The notes below the pieces were generated by a model. That model saw only the letters and a list, made by a program, of their open reading frames with translations. It did not search any database and had not been told where the DNA came from. This document shows positions 1-12,156 of a DNA stretch of 64,000 bases, piece by piece. Source of the DNA: Trypanosoma brucei. Taxonomy: Eukaryota. How positions within the stretch are numbered: the stretch's first letter is position 1; each line of letters begins with the position of its first letter. Location of the stretch: contig AL929603.2 in the NCBI GenBank assembly GCA_000002445.1, positions 352,001-416,000 of the forward strand, in the 5' to 3' direction. A program made the position numbers and the translations under genes.

Positions 1-2
1 CC

Positions 3-134
3 GTGAAGACTGGAGGTGTGAGCGTGAAGAAGGGAGCAACCAAAGACTTTAACGCGACATCTGCAAGCGCTAAGGGTTCGAGCGTTAGTGATGAGGCAAC
101 AGATAAACATTATGATGGTGAGGCGGAAGAGTGA
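3..134 (+). CDS. 3' end of an upstream gene (C-terminal fragment, frame 3: ...VKTGGVSVKKGATKDFNATSASAKGSSVSDEATDKHYDGEAEE*)
   Basis: Open frame runs from the window edge to TGA at 132-134, on the same strand as every downstream gene. It is too short to test for codon bias. Confidence 0.25.
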   Translation: MKTGGVSVKKGATKDFNATSASAKGSSVSDEATDKHYDGEAEE

Positions 135-1240
135 GTGTTGTGGCGGTGGCCACAGCAGGACTGTGGCGAAATGTGGGGCCTGTACGCCCACAAGAACAAT
201 GAAGGGCATCCTCCTCTCGCTTTTTTCATCATGGTTATAATAAAGAGGAGTGAAATTACAGCTGCGTCGTTCGTTCCTTCGAATAAGCTCTCCAGTCTCA
301 AGAAATGTTGTTCGTTTAACAATAGCGGAGGTGTAACCCTGTTGGTTACCCTGCTGCGTTTGTTATGTCATTTTGTGAAGCTAGGAAATGAGTAAACAAA
401 TAATGAAAAGGCGGAGGTGAACAAACGTGTAAAAATGTTTCTGAGTAAAGGAAAGGGAAACCTTATAACAGCGCACAATTTAAGTGTGTGGGTTTGTCAC
501 CCAGTGACGAGCAAATATTTTCGCTTCTCTTTAACATTGGTGTCCTTTCCCTTTTGCTGTGACACACAAACCGAACCGCTTACACTTCTTCAAAAATCCT
601 TCATCTTTCTTCTTTCTCTAGGGCGCCTTGTCAGCGGGATAGTTTTCTTCCGTGTATTGTTTGCGTCTCCGTAGCTGAACCCCTCTTTTTTGTAGTCCTT
701 CGTCCCTTTGTGTAACTTCCCTCATACTGTTGCGGTTGAGGAGACGTGATTCGGGTCCGTGTCCCCGTTTTTAGAAAACTGAGGCTGGAGGGGAATACAT
801 TTTTTTTGTTTTATATAGAAAGAGATTGGAGAAGAGGAGGAGAATATCTAAGAAAGAAAGAGGGCGAATTATCGCGGCCACACCCGCCGAAGTAACATCA
901 TCGCGCGGAAAGGGCATTGAGGACTTCAGAAGGAAGCAAAGAAAGTCAAATTCTACAGGAAGAGAACGGCTCTTTCTTAAATAAGAGGGGAGTGAAGAGT
1001 AGGAAGGAGTGGTTGGTGAGTGTGAGGGGGACGACAATTACAATTAGCCACTAAATAATAATAATAATATTAACAGCTACTGCGATCGCCTTAACGAGTG
1101 AATAGACAGTAAGGAAGAGGGATAGAAACAAGGGCCGAGGAAGGATAACCAGAAGAGAATAACAATCCTCGTTCTTCAGAGACAACAGTAACAAGTACAG
1201 GTGCGAGACTAAATATAGTTTTTTTTATTTCATCGTAGGG

Positions 1241-2962
1241 ATGTCAGAGCACTTTAAAAATGTCAAGTCTATGATTGCCAACCTCAGATCTGAAGATCCC
1301 GAGGCGAGGTTAAACAGCATGCGTGGCATTCACGTAATTGCGTCCACACTGGGACCTGAACGAACCCGTGAAGAGTTGCTACCGTACTTGACAGACTATC
1401 TAGACGAGAATGATGAGGTACTGCGGGTCTTCGCCAATGCACTCGGAACGATGCTGCATGAGGTTGGTGGACCAGCTCACGTGCAAAGCATATTGGGCCC
1501 ATTAGAGTTACTGTGTAGTTTGGACGAAGTAACTGTCCGCGATGAGGCGGTCTCATCGTTACAAACAGTTGGAAAGGCTCTATTTTGTGAGACGGGTGAA
1601 GCTGCTGTGCAAGCCAGAAGGGATTTTGTGGGTTTGGTGATGCGGTTGGGCCAGTCCACGCCACAATGTAGATCCAGTGTGACGTACGTAATTGCTACAG
1701 CGTACCCACATGTGGCTGCATCTGTGAAGACGCAGCTTTTCAACCTTTTTATTACGCTCTGTGGCGATGAAGAAATTATGGTGCGCCGCAGCGCATGTAT
1801 TTCGCTAGGGAAGCATATGGCTGGGGTCCCAGATACTCGGAGCTCGGAGCTTCTTAATGCACTCACAAAATTCTCGCGGGATGCAAGCGATGGTGTGCGG
1901 CTTCAGGCAGTCGAAGCGGCTGCGGCGCTTCTCACAGTGCTTCCTCCTGAAACCCATAGCAACATCGTAGGCGCCGTCAAAACCCTCGTGGGAGATGTTT
2001 CCTGGCGAGTGCGGTACATGGCGGCTGATCGCCTTGGCAAACTGGCGGGTGTTTTAGCGCCCCCACACGTAAAGCAAATCATGCCCTTCTTTCGTTTGCT
2101 CACTCAGGATTCTGAAGCAGAGATTCGTGCCTCTGCTGTGTTTAACATGGCTGGGGTACTTGCCGCCTGCCACGACGCCACCTCGAAACGAGAAGTACTT
2201 GCTGGTGGTTGCCGTTTGGTAAGCGACGACAATTCGCACGTGCGCATGTGTCTTGCGAGTGCACTCCTGAAGTCTGTGGAACACGTTCCGGTGGAGATGT
2301 GGAGCAGCACTGTAGTGCCCACTTGCACGCAGTTGCTTACGGACACTGAGGCGGATGTTAGATTGGCCCTCGTTTCTGGGTTTAGCTCTATGGGAAATAC
2401 CGCAGAGGCACGAGAACTAGCTCCCAAACTAATTCCTGTCGTTGTTGCGCTTGCGGAGGACCCGAAGTGGCGCATACGTGAAGTTGTTATATCGCAGATT
2501 CCGCATCTTATTACCTCTCTGGGTAGAAGCGCAGATGAAGTGGTGGAGATCTGCGTGCAGCATCTTGTAGACCGTGTGGCAGCGATACGCGATGCGGCGG
2601 TGCAGTCCTGCTGTTCACTTGTGTCGGAGAGCGGGCTCGCATGGTCCCGTGACACATTGTTCCCGAGGCTTAGTTTAATGGTAACCGCCAACAACTATCT
2701 TCACCGGGTCGCGTTGGCGCACTTCTATGAATCTCTGTCAGAAGTTCAGCAACTTGACCGTACAACGGTCTCACAGCTAGTGCTTCCAATGCTCCGTGTC
2801 CTTGCACGTGATAATGTACCTAATGTGCGACTTAGATGCGCGAGGGCAATTGTAGCGTTCAAGCGGAAGAAAATTCTCTTAGAGTCAGATGCGGAGCCCT
2901 TGCTAAGCCGATTGGTTAAGGACACCGATGTGGATGTGCGTTTTGCCGCCACAGAGAATTAA
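1241..2962 (+). CDS. Protein phosphatase 2A scaffold (A / PR65) subunit, HEAT-repeat protein
   Basis: ATG start. The N-terminus matches PR65 motifs (RLNSMRGIHVIASTLGPERTREELLPYLTD..DENDEVLRVFANALGTM..VGGP; later WRVRYMAADRLGKLA, DPKWRIREVV) in the same order as the human A subunit. The 573-aa length is typical. Confidence 0.85.
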   Translation: MSEHFKNVKSMIANLRSEDPEARLNSMRGIHVIASTLGPERTREELLPYLTDYLDENDEVLRVFANALGTMLHEVGGPAHVQSILGPLELLCSLDEVTVRDEAVSSLQTVGKALFCETGEAAVQARRDFVGLVMRLGQSTPQCRSSVTYVIATAYPHVAASVKTQLFNLFITLCGDEEIMVRRSACISLGKHMAGVPDTRSSELLNALTKFSRDASDGVRLQAVEAAAALLTVLPPETHSNIVGAVKTLVGDVSWRVRYMAADRLGKLAGVLAPPHVKQIMPFFRLLTQDSEAEIRASAVFNMAGVLAACHDATSKREVLAGGCRLVSDDNSHVRMCLASALLKSVEHVPVEMWSSTVVPTCTQLLTDTEADVRLALVSGFSSMGNTAEARELAPKLIPVVVALAEDPKWRIREVVISQIPHLITSLGRSADEVVEICVQHLVDRVAAIRDAAVQSCCSLVSESGLAWSRDTLFPRLSLMVTANNYLHRVALAHFYESLSEVQQLDRTTVSQLVLPMLRVLARDNVPNVRLRCARAIVAFKRKKILLESDAEPLLSRLVKDTDVDVRFAATEN

Positions 2963-4936
2963 TTGTGATGGGTGTTGGAATGATAAAGCGTCTTTGTTGT
3001 TTCTTTTTGTTATTGGGTGTGGAAGGGAGGCGGGGTGGGACGGGATGGGATGGGACGGAGGAAAAAAAAAAGGTGAGTGTGTTGTGGGCGGTGACGTGAT
3101 AATGTGGTTCGAAAATGAGCTCCATCATCTATCCGTGTCGATATATGCACATCCACACGCATATATATATATTATATTTGTGCATATAGAGTTTGCTACT
3201 CTCCTTCTTTTTTTTTGTATGTGTGTGCCTACGCACAACATACTATTAATCAGATGCCGCGGCCCCCTTTTTTTTAGTTTGTTTTTTCTTTCTTTTACGT
3301 TGTCGGCTTTGTTGATCACTGCAAACTACTCCACAGATAGATATGCACATCTTTAAGCGGCGCCAGGTTCGGGTGTGATTGCGTGCCGTGCTCAGGGGGT
3401 GACGTTTAAGCTGCTGCAGGAAAGTTGAGCGAAGGGATCATACCAAGAAAGGGAAAAGTGAACAGGAAAATAATATATATATATATAAAGAAAAAGAATG
3501 CCCCTATTTACTCACTTTTAAGAAATTTTTTCTGCTCGGTTTTGTCAGTGCATAGAATCGCCCCCTTTTTTTTTTTTTTGCTCCTTCTCACTTTTTTTTC
3601 TCTACGAGCCTCATCCCATTCTTTCTCCCCTTCCCCCCCCCGAACCGTACATGTATGATTTTTGTCCGTTTGTCTTTTCGTCCCCACACCATCCCGCCTA
3701 CTGGCACTGATAACTCGTGATTTGAATTTTGCCGCAATTCGAATGTTTTTTTTGTTTGTTTGTTTGTTTCATTCGGCACCACCTCGGTTGTGGTGGCGAC
3801 AATCTCGCCTCCCCCCCATTTTTTTCTTTTTTTTCTTTTTTTCTTTTTTTCTTTTTTTTCTTTTTTTCTTTTTTTCTCTTTTTTTTTGTGTGTTTTTTTT
3901 GTTTTTTTTTTTACTTTCTCGAGTGTGCGTTTGGACAGGTTCAGTGGATGGCCTTCTCGCGTTTACTGCTCCTGTCGTGGAATTGAGTGCTGCGTTACGT
4001 CATGTTTCAGTGCGTCAATGCATTTATGTGATGGGGAAATAAAGAGAGGTTGAGATCTGCCTCTTCACGGACGCGTTTATGGGTTGTCCTGGGACTTTGT
4101 AAGACACTCTTCAGATATACTGGGGAGTATCGTTATTGTTATCAATTCGTCATTTGAATTGTTTTCTTTTTCTTTTTTTCTTTTTTTCTCTTTTTTTATT
4201 TTTCTCTCTTTTGTGTTTGTTTCTGTTTCTCTTTGTGGCCCTGTGTCGGTGTGTGTTCATGTCTTTTTACACCTTTGTTGCTTTGCCGGGTCAAGTGTAA
4301 GGGTTTTTTTTTCTTTTTCTTTCCCGTCAGTATGGAGGTTGAAGAAAATAGATTCGTTATCTGTTAGAGTTGGTTCTTTCCTTCTGTGTTTTTGTTGTTG
4401 TTCTTGTTTGCTGATATTTGTTTCTAACTGTTTGGCGCCCGGTTTCTGAAAGCGAGAAGAAAAAAAAACACACACAAAGAATTGGGAGAATGATTAAAAA
4501 ATAAAGGAGTGAAAGATGAAAGGAAGAAACATTTTTGTGGGTATTTGCCCCATATGCTGCGTCCGAAAGCATGTTTATATATGCACACCGGCGCTATACA
4601 AGTAGATATATAGTTAAATAAACGTCTATATACATATATATATATATATATGTACTTGTATTCATACATGTAACGGTACTCCCTCAGGCGGAGCTATTTT
4701 ATTGCGATGCAATACAAGACCTATTATACATGTTTTTATTTTATTTTATTTTTTTGCTTCTGCCGCTTTATTTTGATTGTCCGTAGGTGTGTCCGCGTTT
4801 TCTCTTCTTTCCTTTTTTTTTCTTCTTTGTTTCCTCCTTCTCCACCTTAGTGCAGCAGTAACACAATCTGTTCTACCTTTTTGATTAGAATCTTTTTTTT
4901 TTTTGTTGTCGTTACGTCCTACTGGTACTTTTCCTC

Positions 4937-5674
4937 ATGCTGGTTCGAACATGGATGTTGCTCAATAGGCCAAAGGGGCCGCAGGGATTACGTCCTGGAA
5001 AAGAGTACCGCTTAACTGTCCCATACAGAAGTGAGGTGACAATGCTTCGCCTTGCAAATCATAAGGCTATTAACTCTAATATACGTGAACTTTTCAAAAA
5101 ACCACTGGTGATGAATAATATTAAAGCCATTCCCCGCGATTTGGGAGAAATTCCGCGCGACTACGTCCTCCGGCTGCTTTTCTTTCATCAGCCCATACGA
5201 CTCGTGGACTTGTGGACGATTTGTAAGGAGCACGATGACGTTCCACTGGATTCGGCGAAACATCTGCGATTAGTATTAAAAATAGCCAAACTTCAACGGT
5301 GGGTGTACGCGGAAAAGAATCAAACGAACAACCTTTACTACTACTACGTGCATCAGAGTAGAATACAAGAGGTACAGCAAATGGTTCGAGCCAGTGAGGT
5401 ACGAAAGAAAGAACAAGAAAGTTTACGGGAAATTGAAGCTGAAAAATTGCGTATGGAAGAGCAAGAACGTCGTAAGGTGGCACTTGACGAGAATATTGTA
5501 GCATTGCAAAATGCGCTCGTTTCAAATATTGCACAAATTCAGGAGTTTGACCCGGGGTTTGCACGATCGAAACCATATGTAACGGAAAGTGGTGCAGTGA
5601 ATGTAGGGTGGGGGTTGAATGATGGAGGTAGCGCTGCATGCAGTAGCGATTTGGATGGGCAGCAAGTGGCATAG
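4937..5674 (+). CDS. Hypothetical protein (245 aa), C-terminal coiled-coil-like E/K/R-rich segment
   Basis: ATG-initiated ORF on the array strand with coding-like composition and no recognisable family. The true start could be a downstream Met. Confidence 0.5.
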   Translation: MLVRTWMLLNRPKGPQGLRPGKEYRLTVPYRSEVTMLRLANHKAINSNIRELFKKPLVMNNIKAIPRDLGEIPRDYVLRLLFFHQPIRLVDLWTICKEHDDVPLDSAKHLRLVLKIAKLQRWVYAEKNQTNNLYYYYVHQSRIQEVQQMVRASEVRKKEQESLREIEAEKLRMEEQERRKVALDENIVALQNALVSNIAQIQEFDPGFARSKPYVTESGAVNVGWGLNDGGSAACSSDLDGQQVA

Positions 5675-5707
5675 TTACTGAATTCAGTGGCGCAGTTTAT
5701 GCGGAAT

Positions 5708-5744
<37 letters not shown>

Positions 5745-6354
5745 AAAAAAAAATAACAACAACAAAATGACGTCGTATGTGGTTGTTTAATCTGGAAGGT
5801 GCCATCTTCTCCATGTGAGCGATATCTCGGTGGTAGATGTTTCACCTTTTGCAAGTTACTGGGTTCGTGTTAAGTTACCGAGTCGTTTACATCCCGTCAA
5901 ACCTTTTTATGCTTATATCGTTTTGGCAGTGTGTGTGTGTATGTGTATGTGTGCGCAGTCTCCGTAGTCCATAGGTTTGTAGTGCTCAGATAGCGCTTAA
6001 CATAACATATTGTCTTCCTAACTCATTCACTGACTGCGTTTTTGTGTGTTAACTCTGTTTCATCTCGCATCATAGTCATCGTGGTCTTGCTTTTTCTTTT
6101 TTTTCTTCTCGCCCTTTTGTGGGTATTTTGTAAAAACTGAGTGGACCGCTTGAGGGGAACAATTCGCCCCAGCGAGTTAACTGCACCACTAGCAACTAAA
6201 AAAAAAAAAAGAAGAAACGGGTGGGGACAGTGGGCCTAAAACATACAAGTCCTTGAATTTACGCACGTGCGTCGGATTTTTTTTGTTTGTTTCATTATTA
6301 TTATTATTATTTTTCGTGAGCGTGTGCAAGCATCAACATCCATAGATATTTCAG

Positions 6355-6936
6355 ATGTGTGACACAGGCGTTCAGCCACCTCTTGCGGTTGTGGTCCCCG
6401 GAAGCCCCGTTATAACGCAGTTTCAGTGCATTGTTGAAGGTACCAACTGGATTGTACCCTTGGGTTTTGCTCCAGAGAGTATTGTAGTATTTCTCACATT
6501 CCCTACACTATTAAATCCCGGTACCGCACTGGGCATTTATCTCGCCCGAGAGGATGATAGGGCATTTGCATATGTTGGACATTTATCGAATACAGCACCC
6601 AGTGCCATATTGCGTGTTCCATCAACATTTATCAACATTGATTCTCCCGTACGTGTCTTACTGGGAGTCAGCACTGAGCGAGAGGTGGATATTGCGAATT
6701 TAGACGATGCAACAAAACAGCAACAGGAACAAGATAGAGCGGCTACAAAACTGGCCTTATCAGAGCGACTTGCGGAGGATTTGTATAATTTTGTGACTTC
6801 GTACGGCCGGGTGGTGCCCGCGGAGCAAAATGACGGGAAGTCGGAGGAGGCCGTGTTTCTTCCCATGTCATTTGTAGACCGCTGGCGTGAGCGTGTGATG
6901 AAAAGGATGCGGAAGGAACTGGCCTTTTGGAGTTGA
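6355..6936 (+). CDS. Hikeshi / OPI10 (DUF775) family protein
   Basis: ATG start. Motifs PLAVVVPGSPV, IVVFLTFP..PGTALGIYLA, APSAILRV and the C-terminal FLPMSFVDRWRERVMKRMRKELAFWS parallel human Hikeshi (FGCLVAGRLV.., [50 protein letters not shown]). Confidence 0.65.
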   Translation: MCDTGVQPPLAVVVPGSPVITQFQCIVEGTNWIVPLGFAPESIVVFLTFPTLLNPGTALGIYLAREDDRAFAYVGHLSNTAPSAILRVPSTFINIDSPVRVLLGVSTEREVDIANLDDATKQQQEQDRAATKLALSERLAEDLYNFVTSYGRVVPAEQNDGKSEEAVFLPMSFVDRWRERVMKRMRKELAFWS

Positions 6937-8099
6937 GATGCAAAAAAAAAAGAAAAAGCGGGGGAGGGGAAAATAATAATAATAATAATAATATCGTAAA
7001 GGTGCGAGAAAAGTGAAGGAGGAATCCTTGGGGTCTCTGCAGTTTTGATGTGCGGCCGGGAGATGTATTCATTCCGCCGCTACAACTTCAGTCGCAGTTC
7101 AATGCAGCCGCGGGTGTAGGGGTCGGAGAACTTCTGTGGTTATTTATGTGGCGGGTGGGGACTTCTATTCAGTTATGTGGAGTTCGCCCAACGCTAGCTA
7201 GTGATAGATAATCATTATTATTATTATTGTTATTACTATTACTATTATTATTGTTCTCACCGTGTTACTATTGTTATTATTACGTATTCTCTGAAACAAC
7301 AACTGTTTACAATCCTTTGGACTAATCGATTATTTTTCCGACATACGCTGTTGGATCAGCGTATGTTTAGCTCCTTATTTTCTTCCTTTACATTTAATCT
7401 TGTTGTCTCATGAGCTTTATCTTACATGATTTTTTCCTTCTTTTTTTTGTTAAATATAAAAAAAAATATTTCCACTATTTTTTTTTTTCCAGCAGCTGTG
7501 TACATTGGCTGAACCGCAGTATTTGTGCGAAGATTTAGCCACAGTTACCGAAAAGCGGAAGGGATAATAAAGGCAAAACCAACATATTGACCGCAGCAAA
7601 GGAAATAAAAAAGAACTAGAGTAGAGCCAAAGCGGTTGTGCTGTTGGGGATTGGAAGTGGGCAATCAATCACTGCGCTCGGAGGTTGTTGACGTTAATTT
7701 TTTTCTTTTTTTGGATACCCACAGTGGAAAAATATATATATTAAAAAAAAAAGGAAAGGAAGGGTGGATCAAAGCTGCAACAACAAAAACAACACCGAAA
7801 ACAAAAAACAAAAAATAACTGTGTAAGAGATTAATAAGATAGAAGAGAGGTAAGGGGGAAAATAAAAAATAAAAAATAAAGCACAACCAGTCTACCGTGG
7901 ATTGAGGGAGGGGAAATAAAATTAAAGTTAAAAAAACAAAAAGGGAACAAGAACGGAAAGTTAAAGAAAAAGAAAGAAGGGCAGTACGGAAGGTGGAGAA
8001 CTTAACGAAGAGAAAGAAAAAGGTGACATAAAGTTTTCCCGGTGGACGCGCAGCCGTATTTTCGTGTAAGCGGAAAGTGTGAGTTTGCCACCGTGGCAT

Positions 8100-8180
8100 T
8101 CACGCGTTCACGCATTGTTTTCTGTTATTTCTTTTAGTCGTTGCCTCACTTGTTGTGAGTTTTACTGTTCACTTTCAAGT
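8100..8180 (+). promoter_or_regulatory. Pyrimidine-rich tract upstream of paralogue A; candidate trans-splice acceptor/polyadenylation-coupling region
   Basis: cattgttttctgttatttcttttagtcgttgcctcacttgttgtgagttttactgttcactttcaag, with AG dinucleotides downstream before the ATG at 8261. Confidence 0.35.
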
Positions 8181-8260
8181 GCACGCATTGTCGCATATCG
8201 GTGGATATTCATTAGGGTTGGTAAAGTAAACAGCAGCGAAAGGATAGGAACAACTCAGAG

Positions 8261-10252
8261 ATGGGTGCCTTTCCGTCTCATGATGCCCCTGAGCTCATAT
8301 ACTCAATGTTAGTTCTGCGTCCATCGACAAATTCTCAGGTTGAGGTTTGCCTGGTGCCTCTTCTGCCGCGTTTCTTCAATGATGGGCACAAAAAGGCGAA
8401 GAAGAAGCTCAATGAACTTCTCGCCAGCAAAGGAGCGCATCAATCGTCACTAGCGGCGTCACTTGCCCCTCGAGCCCCAGCGACTATAGCTCCAGGGAAG
8501 GTTCCAGATCAGGGAATCGGTCACGCCTTAGTGGACTACTTCATTTCCAGTACGGAGGGATCCTTTTTTGTAACCACAAAGGATGCCGTAGTTAGTAAAG
8601 TGGCCATACAAGCGGAGCAAGGTCAAAGGGAGAGGTCTGACATCAGCACTACTGGAGGAAGATCCGCACCAGGTACCGCCTCCACAGGTGAGACACAACC
8701 CTCCAATGCACCATCTCATACGGCGCATCATTCGTCATCCCACCAGGCAATGTCCAACTCTGTGCGGCCGGTGCCATTTGCCGTTTGTATTGTGGATTCG
8801 GATGTCTCCACGGGAACTCCGGGCACCACTGGAGGGTCCGCACAAGCGGCAGCCGCTAAGCACCATCATGTACATGCCAATAATGTTGTCCTTATCAAAG
8901 GGCGGCGGCTGCAACTTGTTGGCTTTATTGCATGTTGTATGGATCGCCCTGTGCGACACATGACCACGGCAAATCCTGTCAAACCACATGGAGCTAGCGG
9001 TGGGGCGGGAGCAACCTCTGGAGAGGGAAAGAAGCAAGGAATCCCTGTCTGTCTGGATGTTATTTTTGATGATACAGAGGCACATGGGTTCCTTACCGAG
9101 TCTGTAGTGTTGTTGGCATCATTTGCCTTCCGCAAGCAATTCTTGAATTGTTGTGCTCTTCACTTTCGGGCCGGGGATCCCGATGTGGAATCATCATTTG
9201 GGCGCCACATGGACCCCTTGCAGCTTCGACTAGTGATGAGGCATGACAACTATCGCATTTTACGCCTGTTTCATAGCCGGTACCCCCTGTTAGACATGGT
9301 CAAAGAGCTTCGCGTAAGCGGGGGCTCGTCGGCCCCGCAGTTCTCTCTCTATGAAAACGATGGAAATGAGGTTGGTTTAGAAGTGACGTTTGGTATGAAT
9401 TTTTTAACGCGGTGGATGCGGTTTGTGGAGAAGATGATGCACGTTGAGACGGTGGTTGGTAACCACATCCGTTGCGGTACCACCGCCATAATGTCGGAGC
9501 GAGATAAACTAATACAGGAGCGCAGGGACAGTGGCGCATTCCTGGAGGAGGAGGAGGATGATGAGCGAATCTTTGGGGGAGCCGTGTACGCCGTGTCGCT
9601 GAGGCGGTGGACTGCTGCAGAGAAGCAGGCGGTTCAGCAACAACAGCAAGTTCCATTGAGTGGAGCATCTCCCATGTATGTGTATCCCACTACCGCTGCT
9701 CCTGGTCAGTACTGGCCACAGATGTCCGTGATGATGGGGCAACCTCCAGGGTGGCCCACTAGTGTTGTTCCTTTGAGTGCTGCTGCTGCTGCACCGACGG
9801 CCGTGGCACCGGTGATTGGGCAACAACAACCATTTGTTATTCAAGCATCAGGGACGCGACCGCAATTGTACTACGCGTCGCCGCAACCGACTGTAAGTGG
9901 GAACGCCACTTTTGTTACCCAGAGCGGTATTCCGATAGTACAGCAAGCAGCGACGGCGTCTCCATTTGGTGTTGCGGCAACACAACCCGCCTCTGGGCAG
10001 CAGATCGTATACGTCATGCAGGGCGCCCAGGCAACTTCCGCTAGTGTTGCAGCCCCTACAGTTTCGGCTATGGCGCCTGGCATGACTCCTCAAGCATTTT
10101 ATTATCCCCAAACTACCGCCTACGCTGTTCCCTACTCTCCATACGGCTTTCAGCAGCAACCACAGCAACAATTGGTAACACAAGCGACTCATATTGGCAC
10201 TCAACAACAACAACAGCAGGTGACATCGGCGGGGCAAGTAGCTCAACAGTAG
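8261..10252 (+). CDS. Paralogue A of an unnamed kinetoplastid protein family (MGxxPS N-terminus, Cys-containing core, long Q/P/A-rich C-terminal tail)
   Basis: ATG start MGAFPSHDAPEL. Core motifs RPVPFAVCIVD, LVGFIACCMD and FLTESVVLLASFAFRKQF are shared with the ORFs at 15865 and 22878. The C-terminal ~200 aa are low-complexity Q/P/A-rich. Confidence 0.75.
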   Translation: MGAFPSHDAPELIYSMLVLRPSTNSQVEVCLVPLLPRFFNDGHKKAKKKLNELLASKGAHQSSLAASLAPRAPATIAPGKVPDQGIGHALVDYFISSTEGSFFVTTKDAVVSKVAIQAEQGQRERSDISTTGGRSAPGTASTGETQPSNAPSHTAHHSSSHQAMSNSVRPVPFAVCIVDSDVSTGTPGTTGGSAQAAAAKHHHVHANNVVLIKGRRLQLVGFIACCMDRPVRHMTTANPVKPHGASGGAGATSGEGKKQGIPVCLDVIFDDTEAHGFLTESVVLLASFAFRKQFLNCCALHFRAGDPDVESSFGRHMDPLQLRLVMRHDNYRILRLFHSRYPLLDMVKELRVSGGSSAPQFSLYENDGNEVGLEVTFGMNFLTRWMRFVEKMMHVETVVGNHIRCGTTAIMSERDKLIQERRDSGAFLEEEEDDERIFGGAVYAVSLRRWTAAEKQAVQQQQQVPLSGASPMYVYPTTAAPGQYWPQMSVMMGQPPGWPTSVVPLSAAAAAPTAVAPVIGQQQPFVIQASGTRPQLYYASPQPTVSGNATFVTQSGIPIVQQAATASPFGVAATQPASGQQIVYVMQGAQATSASVAAPTVSAMAPGMTPQAFYYPQTTAYAVPYSPYGFQQQPQQQLVTQATHIGTQQQQQQVTSAGQVAQQ

Positions 10253-12121
10253 ACAGTGGTGGCACCGCGCAATTTTTTTTTTTTGTGGTAACGCCACACC
10301 TTATGGGTGTTGTTATGTACTTGTTGTTATCCCTATTTATTTATTTTTTTATTTATTTATCACGTGTGAAACGGGGTATTTTTGTCATTGCCCCATAACA
10401 CGTGTGAGTGTAAAGCGGCTGTGGCTCTGATTGTTTGATGCCAACGATGGAACATTTGGTGCGTATGTGGGGGGCAAAAAACAAACAAACAAACAAACAA
10501 ATAAACTAATTAACGGAGTAAATACGGGTGGGTCGAGAGGGTGAAGTGGGCAATCGGTAGGAATGGAAAAGGAAAAGAGACGAAGTACGTTTGTACATGC
10601 AACTTGCTTTCACATCATACCGATTCTCTATCCCCCGTAAATGAACTAATAATATAAATAAAATCATTAAAAAGAGAAGAAGCTAGCCAAAAAAAAAAAT
10701 GATATACATATATATATATATATATATATTTGAGGGGGGGGAAAAAAAAGTATATACATAAGTATATATGTGCGGTGGAGGTAAGTGCGTGTACTTCGTG
10801 TATATGTGTTTGTGTTTGTGTTTGTGTACATGCCCCTCTTCCCTCCCTCCCCCTCCCTCCAAAACAAACAAACAAACAAACTTATATATATTTTAGCTAA
10901 CATTGTTGTGAGTAACGAAGTGAAGGGTGCGAATAACGAATGGCCCGTCGTACAGAAGCGCGTGGAGGGGAGGCATATGAAATATATGATTAAGGGAAGG
11001 AACAGGAAAAGGAAAAGGAAAAGGAGGAGGAGGAGGAGGAGGGAAATAAGAAAAAAAAAGAAAAGGAAAAAAAAATAACTCAATGGTGAGATGTGGCGGT
11101 AATATTTCTGCATTGGCATGGGTGTTTGTGTGCATGTGACAGAGGGTTTAAGGTAAAGTTGCTGTTTTTTTTTTCTTCTGTTTTCTTTTATACAAAAGTG
11201 GAAAGGGACAGGAAGGAGAAATTAGTTTTGTGAGAACACCTGTAACATCCGGGCGCGTGCGTTTGTGTGTGTCTGTTTTGTGCGGAAAACAGAAAAAAAA
11301 AGATAATTGAGGTAAATGCACAAATATCAACTAATGGATATCTCACCATCATCATCATTATCATTACCATTTTCATTAGCAACGTTATCGCCATTTTTGG
11401 TAACACCCTCATTTGTAATGGCAGCTGTTTTCACTCTGAGTTGAGTTATTTCCTCCCTTTTCAATGGCGCATATATTAAAACCGCCGTTGCCATCGCCGT
11501 TGCCGTTGCCGCTATCATCATTGCTCTCTTTTTTTTTCTCTCTCTCTCTCTTTCTCTCTCTCTCTGCTTTTCGTAATGAACATTCCTCAAAATGTGATTA
11601 TAGCTGAATATTCGTGTGCCTTTTACCTCAGTGGGTGTCAAGCTTCCGTCACAAGTAAGAAAGTAAAAAAAAAAGAGAAGGAATACATCACTAATTTTCT
11701 TTTTTTCTTTTTTTTTCTTCTTCTTCTTCCTTTTATCGGGGTGGTGATGTTCACGACTTTCCGAATGTTTCTACTTTTTTAAAAAGAAAAAAAAACAACA
11801 ACAATATTTTATGTTCTTCAATCATGTTCTTTTTTTTTTTTCTCTCTCTCTCTCTCTCCCTCTCATCCTCTTTTTCGTTTGTTTTATCTTCTTTCGTTTG
11901 AATTGCTGCTTCTTCATTTATCCTATCTTCTTGTTTGTGTTTGTTTCGGATTTTTGTTTTGTTTGTTTGTTAAACAGAATCACACTTTTCAGCGGTTATG
12001 CATTTTTGTATCTCATTAAATTTCCTCTTTGTCTCCCTTTTGTCTCTCTTTTTCTTTTCTTTTGAATTTGGCTTCAGTACACACTTTATATTAGAACATA
12101 TCATATTACAAACACATACAA

Positions 12122-12156
<35 letters not shown>

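Noticed and set aside
1219-1239. Poly-T tract and AG immediately (2 nt) upstream of the PP2A-A ATG, considered as the trans-splice site
   Set aside because: It would leave essentially no 5' UTR. A pyrimidine-rich region at about 600-745 is a more plausible acceptor zone, but I cannot choose between them from sequence alone, so neither is annotated.
2104-2694. 196-aa minus-strand ORF, and many similar minus-strand ORFs (e.g. 5121-5672, 24364-24843, 38653-39144, 61303-61614)
   Set aside because: All lie antisense within well-supported + strand genes. Their peptides are low-complexity mirror images (S-, R-, C-rich) of the sense proteins. The whole window is a single co-directional transcription unit.
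3662-4042. Intergenic + strand ORFs encoding poly-F/L peptides (also 14261-14866, 25744-26163, 31176-31550)
   Set aside because: They are translations of T-runs and CT microsatellites. They have no codon structure and no ATG context (several start at TTG or GTG), and they lie in regions that look like UTR or spacer.
4936-4952. tRNA T-loop-like string ggttcgaac
   Set aside because: It lies at the start codon region of the 4937 CDS. It has no acceptor-stem or anticodon-stem complementarity around it. It is a chance match.
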